A DNA stretch of 64,000 bases from Candidatus Poribacteria bacterium (GTDB taxonomy: Bacteria; Poribacteria; WGA-4E; PCPOR2b), in contig OZ242326.1 of assembly GCA_965208325.1 (NCBI GenBank), forward strand, positions 992,001-1,056,000, read 5' to 3'. The notes below the pieces were generated by a model that did no database searches, was not told the DNA's origin, and worked only from the letters and a program-made list of their open reading frames with translations. The translations under genes and the position numbers were made by a program. The first letter of the stretch is position 1; the number at the start of each line of letters is the position of its first letter. Of the stretch, positions 41,801 through 52,134 are shown in pieces.

Positions 41801-42637
41801 ATGTCTAAGAACATGTTGAAATGGCTGATCGGCGCACTGGTTTCGACGGGCTTGGTATTCGCCGGGCCGAGTGCTCATAGCATCGACGAGAACAACATCC
41901 TTGTTCACTGGTCATTTGACGAACTCGACAATGAGATGTTCAAGGATGAAACGGGCAACGGTTACGATGCAGAACTGGTTGACCCAGGCGAACTTGTCGA
42001 AGGAAAGTTCAACCAAGCTGTCCACCTGCCCGGCGGCTTTGTGAAGCTAGCGCCAAGCGACGTTGTTCAGAGTGTCGGCGATACGGGGGAAATTACCATG
42101 GAGGCGTGGGTATTCTTCAACGAACTCCCGCCGGCACAGTGGGATGGAGTTATCTCGGATAGCACCGCCCAATTTCGGATTATGGTGCAAGCTCCCGACC
42201 ACAACCCGTACTGGAACGTCGGAAATCGCGCAGACAAAAGCGATAAGGCTTTCAAGTTCAAAAAGAACCGGTGGTATCACTATGTCGCGCTAGGAGATAC
42301 CAAAAACAGTAAAGTTTACATTGACGGGGAGCTCGTGGCTGAAGCGGCCCAACCGGCGAACCTTGATAAGAATTTGCCCAAACCGCCGGACGTCGACAAA
42401 CCCTTCCAGATGCCGAAGCTCAAACAGGTGTCAATCTTCGTCGGTGCCGGCGAGGCTGAACATGTTTGGAGGATTGACGACGCAATTATTGATGAAGTCG
42501 CAATCTACAACAAAGCACTCACCGAAGAGGAGATTAACGATTTGACGGAACGAGGGCTTGGCGAAGTTCTCCGCTCGGTCAATCCGCAAGGGAAGTTAGC
42601 CTCCCGCTGGGGAGAAATAAAGATGAAACGCCATTAG
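41801..42637 (+). CDS. secreted LamG-like protein, close paralogue of 39526..40353
   Basis: AAGGAG RBS; signal peptide; NNILVHWSFDELD, VGAGEA.HVWR and DEVAIYNK shared with the paralogue. Confidence 0.92.
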   Translation: MSKNMLKWLIGALVSTGLVFAGPSAHSIDENNILVHWSFDELDNEMFKDETGNGYDAELVDPGELVEGKFNQAVHLPGGFVKLAPSDVVQSVGDTGEITMEAWVFFNELPPAQWDGVISDSTAQFRIMVQAPDHNPYWNVGNRADKSDKAFKFKKNRWYHYVALGDTKNSKVYIDGELVAEAAQPANLDKNLPKPPDVDKPFQMPKLKQVSIFVGAGEAEHVWRIDDAIIDEVAIYNKALTEEEINDLTERGLGEVLRSVNPQGKLASRWGEIKMKRH

Positions 42638-43035
42638 AACCTCAGCAATTGATATTTGCGTTTATGGCGGTTAACCATTCATTGATTGCAGGGGCGAAGA
42701 CGTTTCGCCCCTGCAATGGTTTATCTTTGGTCAATCGGGCGCCAGTTTAGTTTGCATGGAGACGTTGCCGCGCAAGCTTGAGTAGAACGCTTCCGTAAAT
42801 GTCCTTTCCTCTCAATTGTGACACTGAAACTATGCACAGTGAGTATCAACGAACCTACCATTCGCCGTAAGTTTAGCACAAGGCTTTTAAGGGCTTCATG
42901 GTCGACTATTGGGGCCATTCCAGGCAGAAATTCGCACAGGCATGAAGATGGAACTTGTGTGAGATTTATCCAACCAACACATTCTTAACGATTTTATGTC
43001 CCACTGAATCAACCCTACATTGGGAGGCAAAAAAG

Positions 43036-43821
43036 ATGAGAGCCCCAGTCTCAATATTAATCGTAGCGGTAGTTGCTTTCAAATTCTTGGGACTTATTGT
43101 CGCAGGACAAAGCCGCGCCGAATTAGATATCAATTCCGTTAAAGGAGGGTGGCTGCTTGATGAGGGCGCGGGGGAGGAGGCCACGGATGCTTCCCGCCAT
43201 CGGAACGTTGGGTCACTCAAGAACCGTCCGCAATGGGTGGAGGGTAAGTACGGCAAGGCTTTGATGTTTGATGGCGACGGCGCCCATGTTGAAATTCCCC
43301 ATGAGAAGAGTTTGGATGTAAAAGATGAATTTTCAATTGTATTCTGGATGACATCAAATCTAATTCCACCCGGTGGAACGACCAGAGCACTGGTCACTAA
43401 AAATAAATGGGAAGTGGCCATTGACAATGGGACAATACGGTTTTTCCTCAATCCAAAAAATGAGGTTTGTTGTGAAAGACTGTGGGGAATTACGGCGCTA
43501 AATGTAGACACGTGGTATCATGTGGCATGCACTTATAACAATAAACACATGATAATGTATATTGACGGCGTTTTTGACGGTTCTCGTGAAGCATCAGGAG
43601 ACATAAGCAGCACGCAGGACATACATATCGGCCACGACGTTGACCTGCATGGAGCTGGCGGATTTTTCGATGTCATCTTAGATGAAGTAATCCTCTTTGA
43701 TGTTGCGATTACCGAAGATGATGTAAACAGCCTCATGAATGATAGCGCCGCGCTGCTACTCCCAGTTTCGCCCTCCGGCAAACTCGCGACCGCATGGGGA
43801 CGAATAAAGAACCAAGAATAG
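43036..43821 (+). CDS. secreted LamG-like protein
   Basis: GGAGG RBS; signal peptide; WLLDEG, GKYGKALMFDG, WYHVACTY and LDEVILFD motifs. Confidence 0.92.
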   Translation: MRAPVSILIVAVVAFKFLGLIVAGQSRAELDINSVKGGWLLDEGAGEEATDASRHRNVGSLKNRPQWVEGKYGKALMFDGDGAHVEIPHEKSLDVKDEFSIVFWMTSNLIPPGGTTRALVTKNKWEVAIDNGTIRFFLNPKNEVCCERLWGITALNVDTWYHVACTYNNKHMIMYIDGVFDGSREASGDISSTQDIHIGHDVDLHGAGGFFDVILDEVILFDVAITEDDVNSLMNDSAALLLPVSPSGKLATAWGRIKNQE

Positions 43822-43913
43822 TTCCGCCTGCCCGGCGGCTTCGTCAAACTGCCTCCAAGCGACGTGTTATGCTGCGTGCAAAAAGGACAGGTATACATTT
43901 AGGGATACACAGA

Positions 43914-45368
43914 ATGAAGCCCGGCAAACAACAGGTTGAACGGTGGATTTTGAATCGCCGCATGGCTCAAATTGCCCTGCTGACCATCATATTCTTCATT
44001 GAAATCTGCCTTTTGAATGCTCAACAAAACCGCGTCCGCGACTCTTCTCCTCTACTTGTTCATGGCGAAATTGAATCGCAACAATCAACAGCCGCATTGC
44101 AGAAGCACCTCGATGCGGCTAATCTGTATGCGAAACAAAACGATTTCTCAAAAGCCATTGAAAAGCTCCACAAAATGCTGGAGATAGACCCGCAATGCAT
44201 TGAGGCGCACATTCAGCTTGGAATTCTCCACTCCAAAATAGGAAATCTAGACGACGCGCTTCAATCATATACACAGGTGGTGAAACTCAGGCCGGATTCT
44301 TACTCTGCCCACTACAATTTGGGAGTTATTCTCGCACGGAGAGGGTTGTTTGAAAAAGCCGAGACGCAATACCGGCACGCCATACAACTAGACGCAAATC
44401 AGCCCCTGCCGCATTACCAACTCGGTTTTGTGCTTGCCCAACAGGGCAAATATGGGGAAGCGCTTCCTAAATTCAAGAAAGCAGTTGCGCTTGCTCCCAA
44501 TGCAAGCGCCCACTATCAACTCGCCAATACATATTTTCGATTAGGAAACCGCGATGAAGGTGAGCGGCAATTAAAAAAATATAGGGGCATTCAGGCAAAA
44601 CAATATTTCGACAAAGCAGAACAGTCTTTCAAAAGCGGAAATGTGCAGGAAGCCATTAAATCATACCAAAGGGCACTTGACACGGATGTTGAATTTGCCC
44701 CGGCATTTGCGAGACTCGGCGCAATCGCGCTTCAACAGGATGAATTGGAGGACGCGATTCGACATTACCGTGCATACCTAAAGTTAAAACCGGAATCGGT
44801 GCAAGCCCGGCAGACGTTGGCTTCCGCGGCTCTGAAAATAAAGGACTTTGTAACGGCGGCAGAAGAATTTGAACAGGTCATTGCCAGAAATCCTACAGAA
44901 GCTTATCCGTTTTATGGTCTCGGCGCCGCCTATTTGGGAAGTTCTCAATTGGAAAATGCGGAAAAACACTTGCAAAAAGCGCTAGAAATAGAACCGGATT
45001 TTGCAGAGGCTTATTACCAACTCGGCTGGGTGTATCGGGAACGCGGCCAAATCGAAGATGCGATTGAATCCTTTAAGCGTTCAATTGCGAATCGACCGAA
45101 TTTGGCGCCGGCATGCAATACGCTCGCATGGTATTATGTCGAACAAGAGCAGCATTTAGATGATGCTGTGACACTTGCGAAAAGAGCCGTTGAATCTAAT
45201 CCGATTGCGCCTTATTGGGATACACTCGCGCTTGCGCTGTATAAAAATCGAAGATACAAGGAAGCGTCTGAGGCAATTGGCAAAGCGCTCGCGCTGCAAC
45301 CTGCCCATCCGGAATATGCGGCACACCAGAAATTAATTAGGAATGGTATTATCGAGCAGAACAGATGA
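43914..45368 (+). CDS. tetratricopeptide repeat protein (signal/TM N-terminus; start uncertain)
   Basis: Many TPRs (AHYNLG, AYYQLG, A...P). Confidence 0.92.
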   Translation: MKPGKQQVERWILNRRMAQIALLTIIFFIEICLLNAQQNRVRDSSPLLVHGEIESQQSTAALQKHLDAANLYAKQNDFSKAIEKLHKMLEIDPQCIEAHIQLGILHSKIGNLDDALQSYTQVVKLRPDSYSAHYNLGVILARRGLFEKAETQYRHAIQLDANQPLPHYQLGFVLAQQGKYGEALPKFKKAVALAPNASAHYQLANTYFRLGNRDEGERQLKKYRGIQAKQYFDKAEQSFKSGNVQEAIKSYQRALDTDVEFAPAFARLGAIALQQDELEDAIRHYRAYLKLKPESVQARQTLASAALKIKDFVTAAEEFEQVIARNPTEAYPFYGLGAAYLGSSQLENAEKHLQKALEIEPDFAEAYYQLGWVYRERGQIEDAIESFKRSIANRPNLAPACNTLAWYYVEQEQHLDDAVTLAKRAVESNPIAPYWDTLALALYKNRRYKEASEAIGKALALQPAHPEYAAHQKLIRNGIIEQNR

Positions 45369-47037
45369 AAATATCCCTCAGCAATCGGTATCGGAGAGCG
45401 TCCATTTCATAGTCCTCGCCATTTGGCTTTGTACTTGCCAAATCCTCAACGCACAGACACCAATTTTCACAGATGTGACAATTGAAGCCGGAATTGAATT
45501 CCAACATACGGACGGTAGAAGCGGAAGGTATTATCTGCTCGAAGAGTTAGGTTCCGGTGCGGCATTTTTTGATTACGATAACGACGACGACCTAGATATC
45601 TATTTTGTGAACGGCACATATCTTCCCGGCGCCCACGCCGAGAGGCAACCAACAAATGCCCTTTACCGCAACAACGGAGATGGTACGTTTACGGATGTGA
45701 CGAACCTTAGCGGCGTCGGCGACACCGGTTATGGGGTTGGCTGTTGCGTCGGAGATTTCGACAATGACGGCTATCTGGACATATATGTAACAAACTTCGG
45801 GAAAAACGTCCTCTACCGCAATAACGGACACGGCACCTTTTCTGATGTTACAGACGCGGCTAATGTTGGGGACGGGCGTTGGGGGGCGAGTTGCGCCTTC
45901 GCCGATTATGATAAAGACGGCGACCTCGATTTGTACGCGGCTAATTACGTCGAGTTTAATGTTGACGAAAATAAGGTTTGTCACCGCGGCGGGGTACGCA
46001 CCTACTGTCCGCCGCAAGCCTTTGAAGGCGTAGCCGACGTCCTTTACCGCAATAACGGGGACGGCAGCTTTTCCGAGGTTACCAAAGAAGCGGGTGTTTT
46101 CAACCCGCGCGGCAGAGGGCTTGGGGTCGTGTGGGGAGATTACGACAACGACGGATATCTCGACCTTTATGTAGCAAACGATACCAATGAAAACTACCTA
46201 TACCGCAATGACGGCGGCGGCAGCTTTTCGGATGCAGCCTTTTTTGCAGGTTGCGCGTTGAGCGAACACGGCAAGATGGAAAGTGGTATGGGCGTGGACT
46301 TTGGGGATTACGATAACGACGGTTTTTTGGATATCGCCGTTACCAACTTTCAAAACGAAGTGGCTACGCTGTACCGAAACAACGGAAACGGATTTTTTAC
46401 GGACGTTTCATACCCCTCCGGCACGGGGGAAAAGACCTTGCCGTCTTTAGGTTGGAGCGTGTGTTTTTTTGACTACGACAACGATGCGGACAAGGACTTA
46501 TTCATCGCCAACGGGCATGTTTACGACAATGTTGAACTGTTTGACCCATCGACGGCGTTCGCGCAAACCAATCACCTTTTTGAGAATTTGGGGAACGGGA
46601 GTTTTGAAGAAGTTACAGACCAAATCGGCACCGATTTTTCCCGCAAAACACCGAGCCGCGGTGCCGTGTTTGGGGATTACGACAACGACGGTGATATTGA
46701 TATACTCGTCACAAACAGCAATACAAAGCCGCAGCTCCTCAGAAATGACGGCGGCAATCGCAATAATTGGATAAAGGTGCGTGCCATCGGCACGGCGAGC
46801 AACCGCGCGGGCATTGGAGCCCGGATCAAAGTTGCCACCGGCGGCCTGGTTCAGATGGCGGAGGTGAAAAGCGGTTCCGGCTACCTTGGGCAAAACGAAA
46901 TCGCTCTGCATTTCGGGTTGGGGGATTTCGCCATTATTGATAAAATCATCGTCATCTTTCCAAGCGGAAGTGTACGCGAGGTTGAGGCGGTCGCAGCCAA
47001 TCAGGTTATTGAGATTCAAGAGCCCCGGAAGAGATGA
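45343..47037 (+). CDS. CRTAC1/ASPIC-UnbV family FG-GAP repeat protein
   Basis: Repeated D-Y/F-DND-G-x-LD and LYRNNGDGTF; C-terminal GSGYLGQ..LHFGLG. Confidence 0.93.
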   Translation: MVLSSRTDENIPQQSVSESVHFIVLAIWLCTCQILNAQTPIFTDVTIEAGIEFQHTDGRSGRYYLLEELGSGAAFFDYDNDDDLDIYFVNGTYLPGAHAERQPTNALYRNNGDGTFTDVTNLSGVGDTGYGVGCCVGDFDNDGYLDIYVTNFGKNVLYRNNGHGTFSDVTDAANVGDGRWGASCAFADYDKDGDLDLYAANYVEFNVDENKVCHRGGVRTYCPPQAFEGVADVLYRNNGDGSFSEVTKEAGVFNPRGRGLGVVWGDYDNDGYLDLYVANDTNENYLYRNDGGGSFSDAAFFAGCALSEHGKMESGMGVDFGDYDNDGFLDIAVTNFQNEVATLYRNNGNGFFTDVSYPSGTGEKTLPSLGWSVCFFDYDNDADKDLFIANGHVYDNVELFDPSTAFAQTNHLFENLGNGSFEEVTDQIGTDFSRKTPSRGAVFGDYDNDGDIDILVTNSNTKPQLLRNDGGNRNNWIKVRAIGTASNRAGIGARIKVATGGLVQMAEVKSGSGYLGQNEIALHFGLGDFAIIDKIIVIFPSGSVREVEAVAANQVIEIQEPRKR

Positions 47038-47110
47038 TGTACCGCCAACTTTTTTTTCCATTCAACTACACAGATGGAAGTGGAAAAAATAGAGCCGCGT
47101 GCGATTTCTG

Positions 47111-47139
47111 TTGACGAGGGTGTGGAAACTGGGTAAAAT
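47111..47139 (+). promoter_or_regulatory. sigma70-type promoter
   Basis: TTGACG-17bp-TAAAAT. Confidence 0.5.
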
Positions 47140-47195
47140 ATTTTGCAATTTTAATCGAGTAGATTTGGGCTTTCACTGGATTAAACGTACTATGT

Positions 47196-47304
47196 AAATC
47201 ACCCCCTTTACAAGGAGGAGTTAATCATATTAATCCTCCCCCTTTACAAGGGGGAGTTAATCACATTAATCCTCCCCCCTTACCAAGGGGGAGTTAGAGG
47301 GGGT
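47196..47304. repeat. three tandem ~36-bp hairpin units (CTCCCCCTT-N3-AAGGGGGAG)
   Basis: Directly visible; same family at 25197, 25863 and related to 51818, 52988. Confidence 0.8.
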
Positions 47305-47385
47305 GCAGTTCAGCTTCTAAAAGCTAGGAATAACTGATCGTGACGAAAAAAATATATCCAACAGACCGCAACAAGGAGTAGTGCC

Positions 47386-48351
47386 ATGAAATACGATAAA
47401 GAAAAAAGAACATTTGACTGCGAACCGACCTTGACAGACTCACAGGTGCTCGAATTTTGCCGGAACGGATACCTGATTTTGGACGCCGTTGTTCCGGATG
47501 AAGTCAATCAACTCTCCTGTGATTACTTGGATGGGAAACTGCCCGCGAACCCCATCTACATTCCGGAAGGATTGACATTTGAGGACCTAGAGAGTTTCCG
47601 CACAACCGGCGAGCCCTCCGGAATCATGCTTGAAGAATGGTTCATTGAGCACGTCCTCCTCAATCCGCAACTCGCAGGCGCATTGCGCTCGCTGCTTGGA
47701 AAGAATGTCGGTCTGCCGGCGATTATTAGCCACCACCGGGCAGAATGCCCGGCGGGTCCGCAGGGCTGGCATCACGATGCCGATTGCGTCTTTGGGCCCG
47801 AAGTCAACTTTGTCGAGGTTTTCTATTATCCGCAAGATACGCCTCGAGAACTCGGTCCCACCGAAGTTATCCCCGGCTCCCATATCCGCCGTGTCCGGGT
47901 TGAAGCCGGGAAAGAAGAATTACGGGAGGTTCCGCGGACGCCGCCGCACTTTGTCGTTTGGGAACCCACCAAGGTCGTAACCGATGCACCTGCCGGGTCG
48001 ATTATTATCCACCACCAAAGCGTCATGCACCGCAAAGGCCCTTCCACGGTGAAGGGGCTGCGCCGTATGCTTAAACATAACTACTGGCGCACCGTCCCGC
48101 CAGAAAGAGATTGGATTATCGAGCCGGACTTCGACTTTCAAACAGCCGATTATTGGGGACACGGAGTCGCCAAATATATTGCGCACATGTTCTATTGGCT
48201 GTGCGGGAAAGGGGACGATTTCCGCATAATGGGCGGCCAAGCTTGGCCTTGGCACAACCGAAACCAAATCGGTAAATCTTACGGATATGGGTTGACCGAA
48301 GGCTATCGCCCCAACTGGCGAAATAATAACGTTGATGATTACGCAGCTTAA
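47386..48351 (+). CDS. PhyH-family dioxygenase (CEPTL subfamily)
   Basis: AAGGAG RBS; WHHD, GPTEVIPGSH and MHRK motifs. Confidence 0.88.
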   Translation: MKYDKEKRTFDCEPTLTDSQVLEFCRNGYLILDAVVPDEVNQLSCDYLDGKLPANPIYIPEGLTFEDLESFRTTGEPSGIMLEEWFIEHVLLNPQLAGALRSLLGKNVGLPAIISHHRAECPAGPQGWHHDADCVFGPEVNFVEVFYYPQDTPRELGPTEVIPGSHIRRVRVEAGKEELREVPRTPPHFVVWEPTKVVTDAPAGSIIIHHQSVMHRKGPSTVKGLRRMLKHNYWRTVPPERDWIIEPDFDFQTADYWGHGVAKYIAHMFYWLCGKGDDFRIMGGQAWPWHNRNQIGKSYGYGLTEGYRPNWRNNNVDDYAA

Positions 48352-48455
48352 TCGAGCTCACGGTAAATCAGATACTACACTGTCAAGAATGTCAGAAATT
48401 TCGCTTTTCATATCCATCCTTAATCGTCTCCACAGAAGAAAGACGGGGTCTATAC

Positions 48456-49286
48456 ATGTCGAGGGTTTTGTTTTCAATGCTCGTCCTTGTCCTGATGTCG
48501 GGCTGGATATCGGGAATAACACCGGTTTCCCAAGCCAAGGTGATAGGTGCTTGGCTCTTCAATGAAGGGAAAGGCAATGTTGCCAAGGATTCCACCGGTA
48601 ACGGGTTTGACCTGGAGGTCGTCAAAGGGAAGTGGCTTGAAGGTGGAGGTTCATTTGATGGAGCCTTGGGATTTAGTATGGCAACGTATGCTTGGATCGA
48701 GGTCAAAAAGAAAGACGCAGAGTTTAACCTTGATAAAGGAGAATTCACGATTATAACGAGGGGATACCTAACAGGATTGAGCTCGTGTTGTGCAGGGATT
48801 CCCCGTTGGGAGGCACTCAGCGGAGACTTTGACCGTGCAGGCTGGCTCATACATCCGGATACAGGAGCACCCGACTATGTGTTTAGTTGGTGGTATAATG
48901 ATGGAGGCTGGACCAAAGCTGGAAGTTCAGGTGCACTAAGGTTTAAAGCGGAGTGGCATCAGTTTGCCGTGACTTTTGATACAAAGAGGATACTGATGTA
49001 TCTTGACGGCGAAGAGATAGCTGACTTCCCAGCGAACCGTGGACCAACCCCCTTTGAAGACGGTGGAACACTCACTTTCTCCCGCGACCGCTGTTGTGTC
49101 CCGCCCCGGATGTTCACCGGCGCCATCGATGAAAGCCTTATAGCGGATGAAGCCTTCTCAGCAGCCGTAATTGCAGAATCAGCGAAGAAAGGACTTCAAA
49201 ATACAGCCGCGTTCAGACAGGTGTTCACCGTCGATGAGCGCGGTAAGTTAGCCACGACCTGGAGCCGATTGAAAACCCTATACTAA
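48456..49286 (+). CDS. secreted LamG-like protein
   Basis: Signal peptide; WLFNEGKG, DSTGNG, WHQFAVTFD, MYLDG and GAIDE motifs. Confidence 0.9.
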   Translation: MSRVLFSMLVLVLMSGWISGITPVSQAKVIGAWLFNEGKGNVAKDSTGNGFDLEVVKGKWLEGGGSFDGALGFSMATYAWIEVKKKDAEFNLDKGEFTIITRGYLTGLSSCCAGIPRWEALSGDFDRAGWLIHPDTGAPDYVFSWWYNDGGWTKAGSSGALRFKAEWHQFAVTFDTKRILMYLDGEEIADFPANRGPTPFEDGGTLTFSRDRCCVPPRMFTGAIDESLIADEAFSAAVIAESAKKGLQNTAAFRQVFTVDERGKLATTWSRLKTLY

Positions 49287-49432
49287 TCTGTGATACGAGG
49301 TTTAATTCCTGTTGCGATGGATGTAGGAGTAAAACCCCTGCCCCCGAATATCGTAGGACGACGTATTACGCATCACCGAACCCAATTTTCGAAGAACATA
49401 AACCATGTCTATAGAAATGGAGATAAATCGCG

Positions 49433-50293
49433 ATGACAGCTATGAAAACAGCCAATTGTGAACCCACGTTAAATGACCACGATGTCTGGGCATTTTGCAA
49501 AAAGGGGTACCATGTGTTAGAGGGTGTTGTCAGCGACGAGATAAACACGAAAGTGCTTGAATTCCTTGACGCCCACGAGGGGTTGGGCGGGCAGCTGATC
49601 AATGAGGAGTGGTTTGTTGAAAACGTCTTTCTCAATCCTCAAGCCGCGGGCGCAGTGCGTTCATTGCTCGGCAAGGACTTCGGTCTGCCAATCGGAATGG
49701 GCAATCATCGAGTCGTTTGCCCCAATCGAAGTCAGGGATGGCATCACGACGGAGCGGCGTTGGTGGGTCCAGAGTTGAATCACCTGCAGGTGTTTTACTA
49801 TCCGCAAGACTGCCCGGAGGAAATGGGACCGACCGGATTGGTGCCCGGCTCGCACTTTCTGCGCGCCCTTCAAAGCTGGATGAGCCACTACGGCGCCATT
49901 AGTAAAGAGGTCAAGACATCAGCCCCGGCCGGTTCGATTTTCATAACCGCCTATCCGATATGGCATCGCCGCTCTAAATCGACCGCGACTGGGATTCGCA
50001 ATATGCTGAAATACTGCTATTGGCGAAGTACGCCCCCACGGCACGATTGGATAGCCGAACCGAATTTCAACCCAATGACAGCAGACTTCCCCGACGCGAC
50101 CGACTCACCTCGCCAACAGTGCCAGTCTTGGTATGAAGTCGGCGAGATGTATTACTGGCTGCGCGGAGAACTGGACACGTTTTATGGAATCATGGGCGGC
50201 GAAGGCTGGCCGCACGGCTATCCCGTAGGGTGGAAACCTGAAGGGTTCCGCCGTTTTACAAAAGAGGCTGCAAACGCGCCCGCGCCACGGTGA
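49433..50293 (+). CDS. PhyH-family dioxygenase (CEPTL subfamily)
   Basis: WHHDG, GPTGLVPGSH and WHRR motifs. Confidence 0.88.
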   Translation: MTAMKTANCEPTLNDHDVWAFCKKGYHVLEGVVSDEINTKVLEFLDAHEGLGGQLINEEWFVENVFLNPQAAGAVRSLLGKDFGLPIGMGNHRVVCPNRSQGWHHDGAALVGPELNHLQVFYYPQDCPEEMGPTGLVPGSHFLRALQSWMSHYGAISKEVKTSAPAGSIFITAYPIWHRRSKSTATGIRNMLKYCYWRSTPPRHDWIAEPNFNPMTADFPDATDSPRQQCQSWYEVGEMYYWLRGELDTFYGIMGGEGWPHGYPVGWKPEGFRRFTKEAANAPAPR

Positions 50294-50318
50294 ACCGCGG
50301 CAAACGGCTTATACTGTG

Positions 50319-51641
50319 TCACTCTTCCGCGATGCAGTAGAGGTATTTCTCGCCGCGCAAGAAAATTTCGCTGCCAACGAGGGCAGCCGATGCGCTGAAA
50401 CTGTCGTCCAAACGATTCTGCGCCAAAACGCTTGGGTTATCATCGTGGCTAATCACCAGCGTTGTGCCGACTCGGTCGGTGATGTAGATTCGGTTCGCAG
50501 CAGCCACGGGTGAGGCGTAAATATCGCGCAGTCCGCCCAATCGAAAAGGTCCGCCTTTGTCCTCACCGGTAGTGGTATCCACCCGCGACAGTATCCCTTG
50601 ATAGTGGCGCAGAAAATACAACGAGTTCCCATATAGCAGGGGAGACGGCACGTACGGCGTGCCGCGTTTGCGGCGCCACAGCACGCGGTCGGTTTCAGTG
50701 ATGTCGCCCTTCGCACCGTCTAGCCGGATAGCCAGCAGCGCGCGTTTGTCGTAGCTGCTGCCGGCGTAAACCATCCCGTCCGCCGCCACCGGCGACGCCA
50801 CGATGTTTGCCGACAATCCCCCGCACTCCCAGATGACCGCACCGGTAGTTAAATCGTAACCGCGCACCCGGTGCGTACCGCTAATGATGACCTGCGGTTT
50901 GCCTGCATGTTCGACTACGATTGGCGTCGCCCACGACGTGACCTCGTCTCTCGCTGCACTCCAGCGCTGCTTCCCGCTGCGTTTGTCGTACGCGGCGACA
51001 AATGACTGGCCTTCATGATCCCAGTTGACAACTAGTATGTCGCCGTATAGCGCAGGTGAACTACCCTCCCCGTGCCCGTGCTTGGTCTGCATCTCACCGA
51101 GATCCTTCTCCCACTGCGGCTTCCCGTCTACGTCGAAGCAATAAAGCCCTCGCGACCCGAAAAATGCGTACACCCGCTCCCCATCGGTCACGGGGGAGTT
51201 GGACGCTAGGCTTGCGGTAAAATGCCCCATTTCGTGCGGCAATCCTTGGCGAACCGTACGTTCCCAGAGAATCGTCCCATCGCGCCGATTAACGGCGATA
51301 ACGAGGTATTTGTATCGGTGTGTCACCGGTAGATTGTCATGAGCGCCAGGTGCATCGCTATATTTGGGTTGCAAAGCCTCACCGTAAGGCGCTGCTGCGG
51401 TCACGAAAACCTTGTCCCCCCAGACGATTGGCGAAGAATGTCCGCCCCCCGGCAGTTCAATTTTCCACCGAACATTCTTGCCCTCGCTCCATTCTACCGG
51501 CGGATCGGCATGCGGTGCGACCCCAGTAGCCAAGGGACCCCGCCACTGGTGCCAAAAATGAGCCGTATCCGTGCCGTTAGCGCCCGTCATCGGGCGCCCC
51601 AGCAGCCAGAATACCGTAAGGATAAATACAAATCGTTTCAT
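50319..51641 (-). CDS. exported PQQ-like (BamB-type) beta-propeller protein
   Basis: Signal peptide; WHQWRGP, HSSPIVWG, SWATP and YASP repeats. Confidence 0.9.
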   Translation of the reverse strand: MKRFVFILTVFWLLGRPMTGANGTDTAHFWHQWRGPLATGVAPHADPPVEWSEGKNVRWKIELPGGGHSSPIVWGDKVFVTAAAPYGEALQPKYSDAPGAHDNLPVTHRYKYLVIAVNRRDGTILWERTVRQGLPHEMGHFTASLASNSPVTDGERVYAFFGSRGLYCFDVDGKPQWEKDLGEMQTKHGHGEGSSPALYGDILVVNWDHEGQSFVAAYDKRSGKQRWSAARDEVTSWATPIVVEHAGKPQVIISGTHRVRGYDLTTGAVIWECGGLSANIVASPVAADGMVYAGSSYDKRALLAIRLDGAKGDITETDRVLWRRKRGTPYVPSPLLYGNSLYFLRHYQGILSRVDTTTGEDKGGPFRLGGLRDIYASPVAAANRIYITDRVGTTLVISHDDNPSVLAQNRLDDSFSASAALVGSEIFLRGEKYLYCIAEE

Positions 51642-52134
51642 TATTTCTTCAATGTGAAAATCTCGTCTTACTCAAGCGGCGTGGACATGTGAGCCGCCCG
51701 TTTATTTATTTATAGGCATTTTCTTTGAATATGTGCAGGTGCGGAATACCCCTTGATAAGGCTTACTATTACTCACATCTTTATGAGCGAGCTAGAAACA
51801 GCGCTTAACCCGCCATACAACCTCCCCTAACCCCTCCTTTGTAAGGAGGGGGATGATTATTGTAATGAACCAACAAGGCGTCTTCACTGTGGGAGAGGCA
51901 TCCCTGCCTCGATTATCGGGCGAAAATTCTCCCTTACACAGTCTGGCTCTATGGGGATTTCTGAACCTGTGCGTAACAGCAAGCTGACAAGGGGGCTGAG
52001 CATCCTTTGCGATCTCCGTAGGTTTGAACGGTTACGTGTAATACCTGTTTGTGATTACTTATGTGCGAAACATTCAATGGTAACAATGCGCGCAAAGGGA
52101 TGAAGAGGGCGGTGAGGAAACTATTCGAAGGCGT

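Noticed and set aside
47196..47304. CRISPR array
   Set aside because: The palindromic ~36-bp units are contiguous with no unique spacers, and there are no cas genes in the window.
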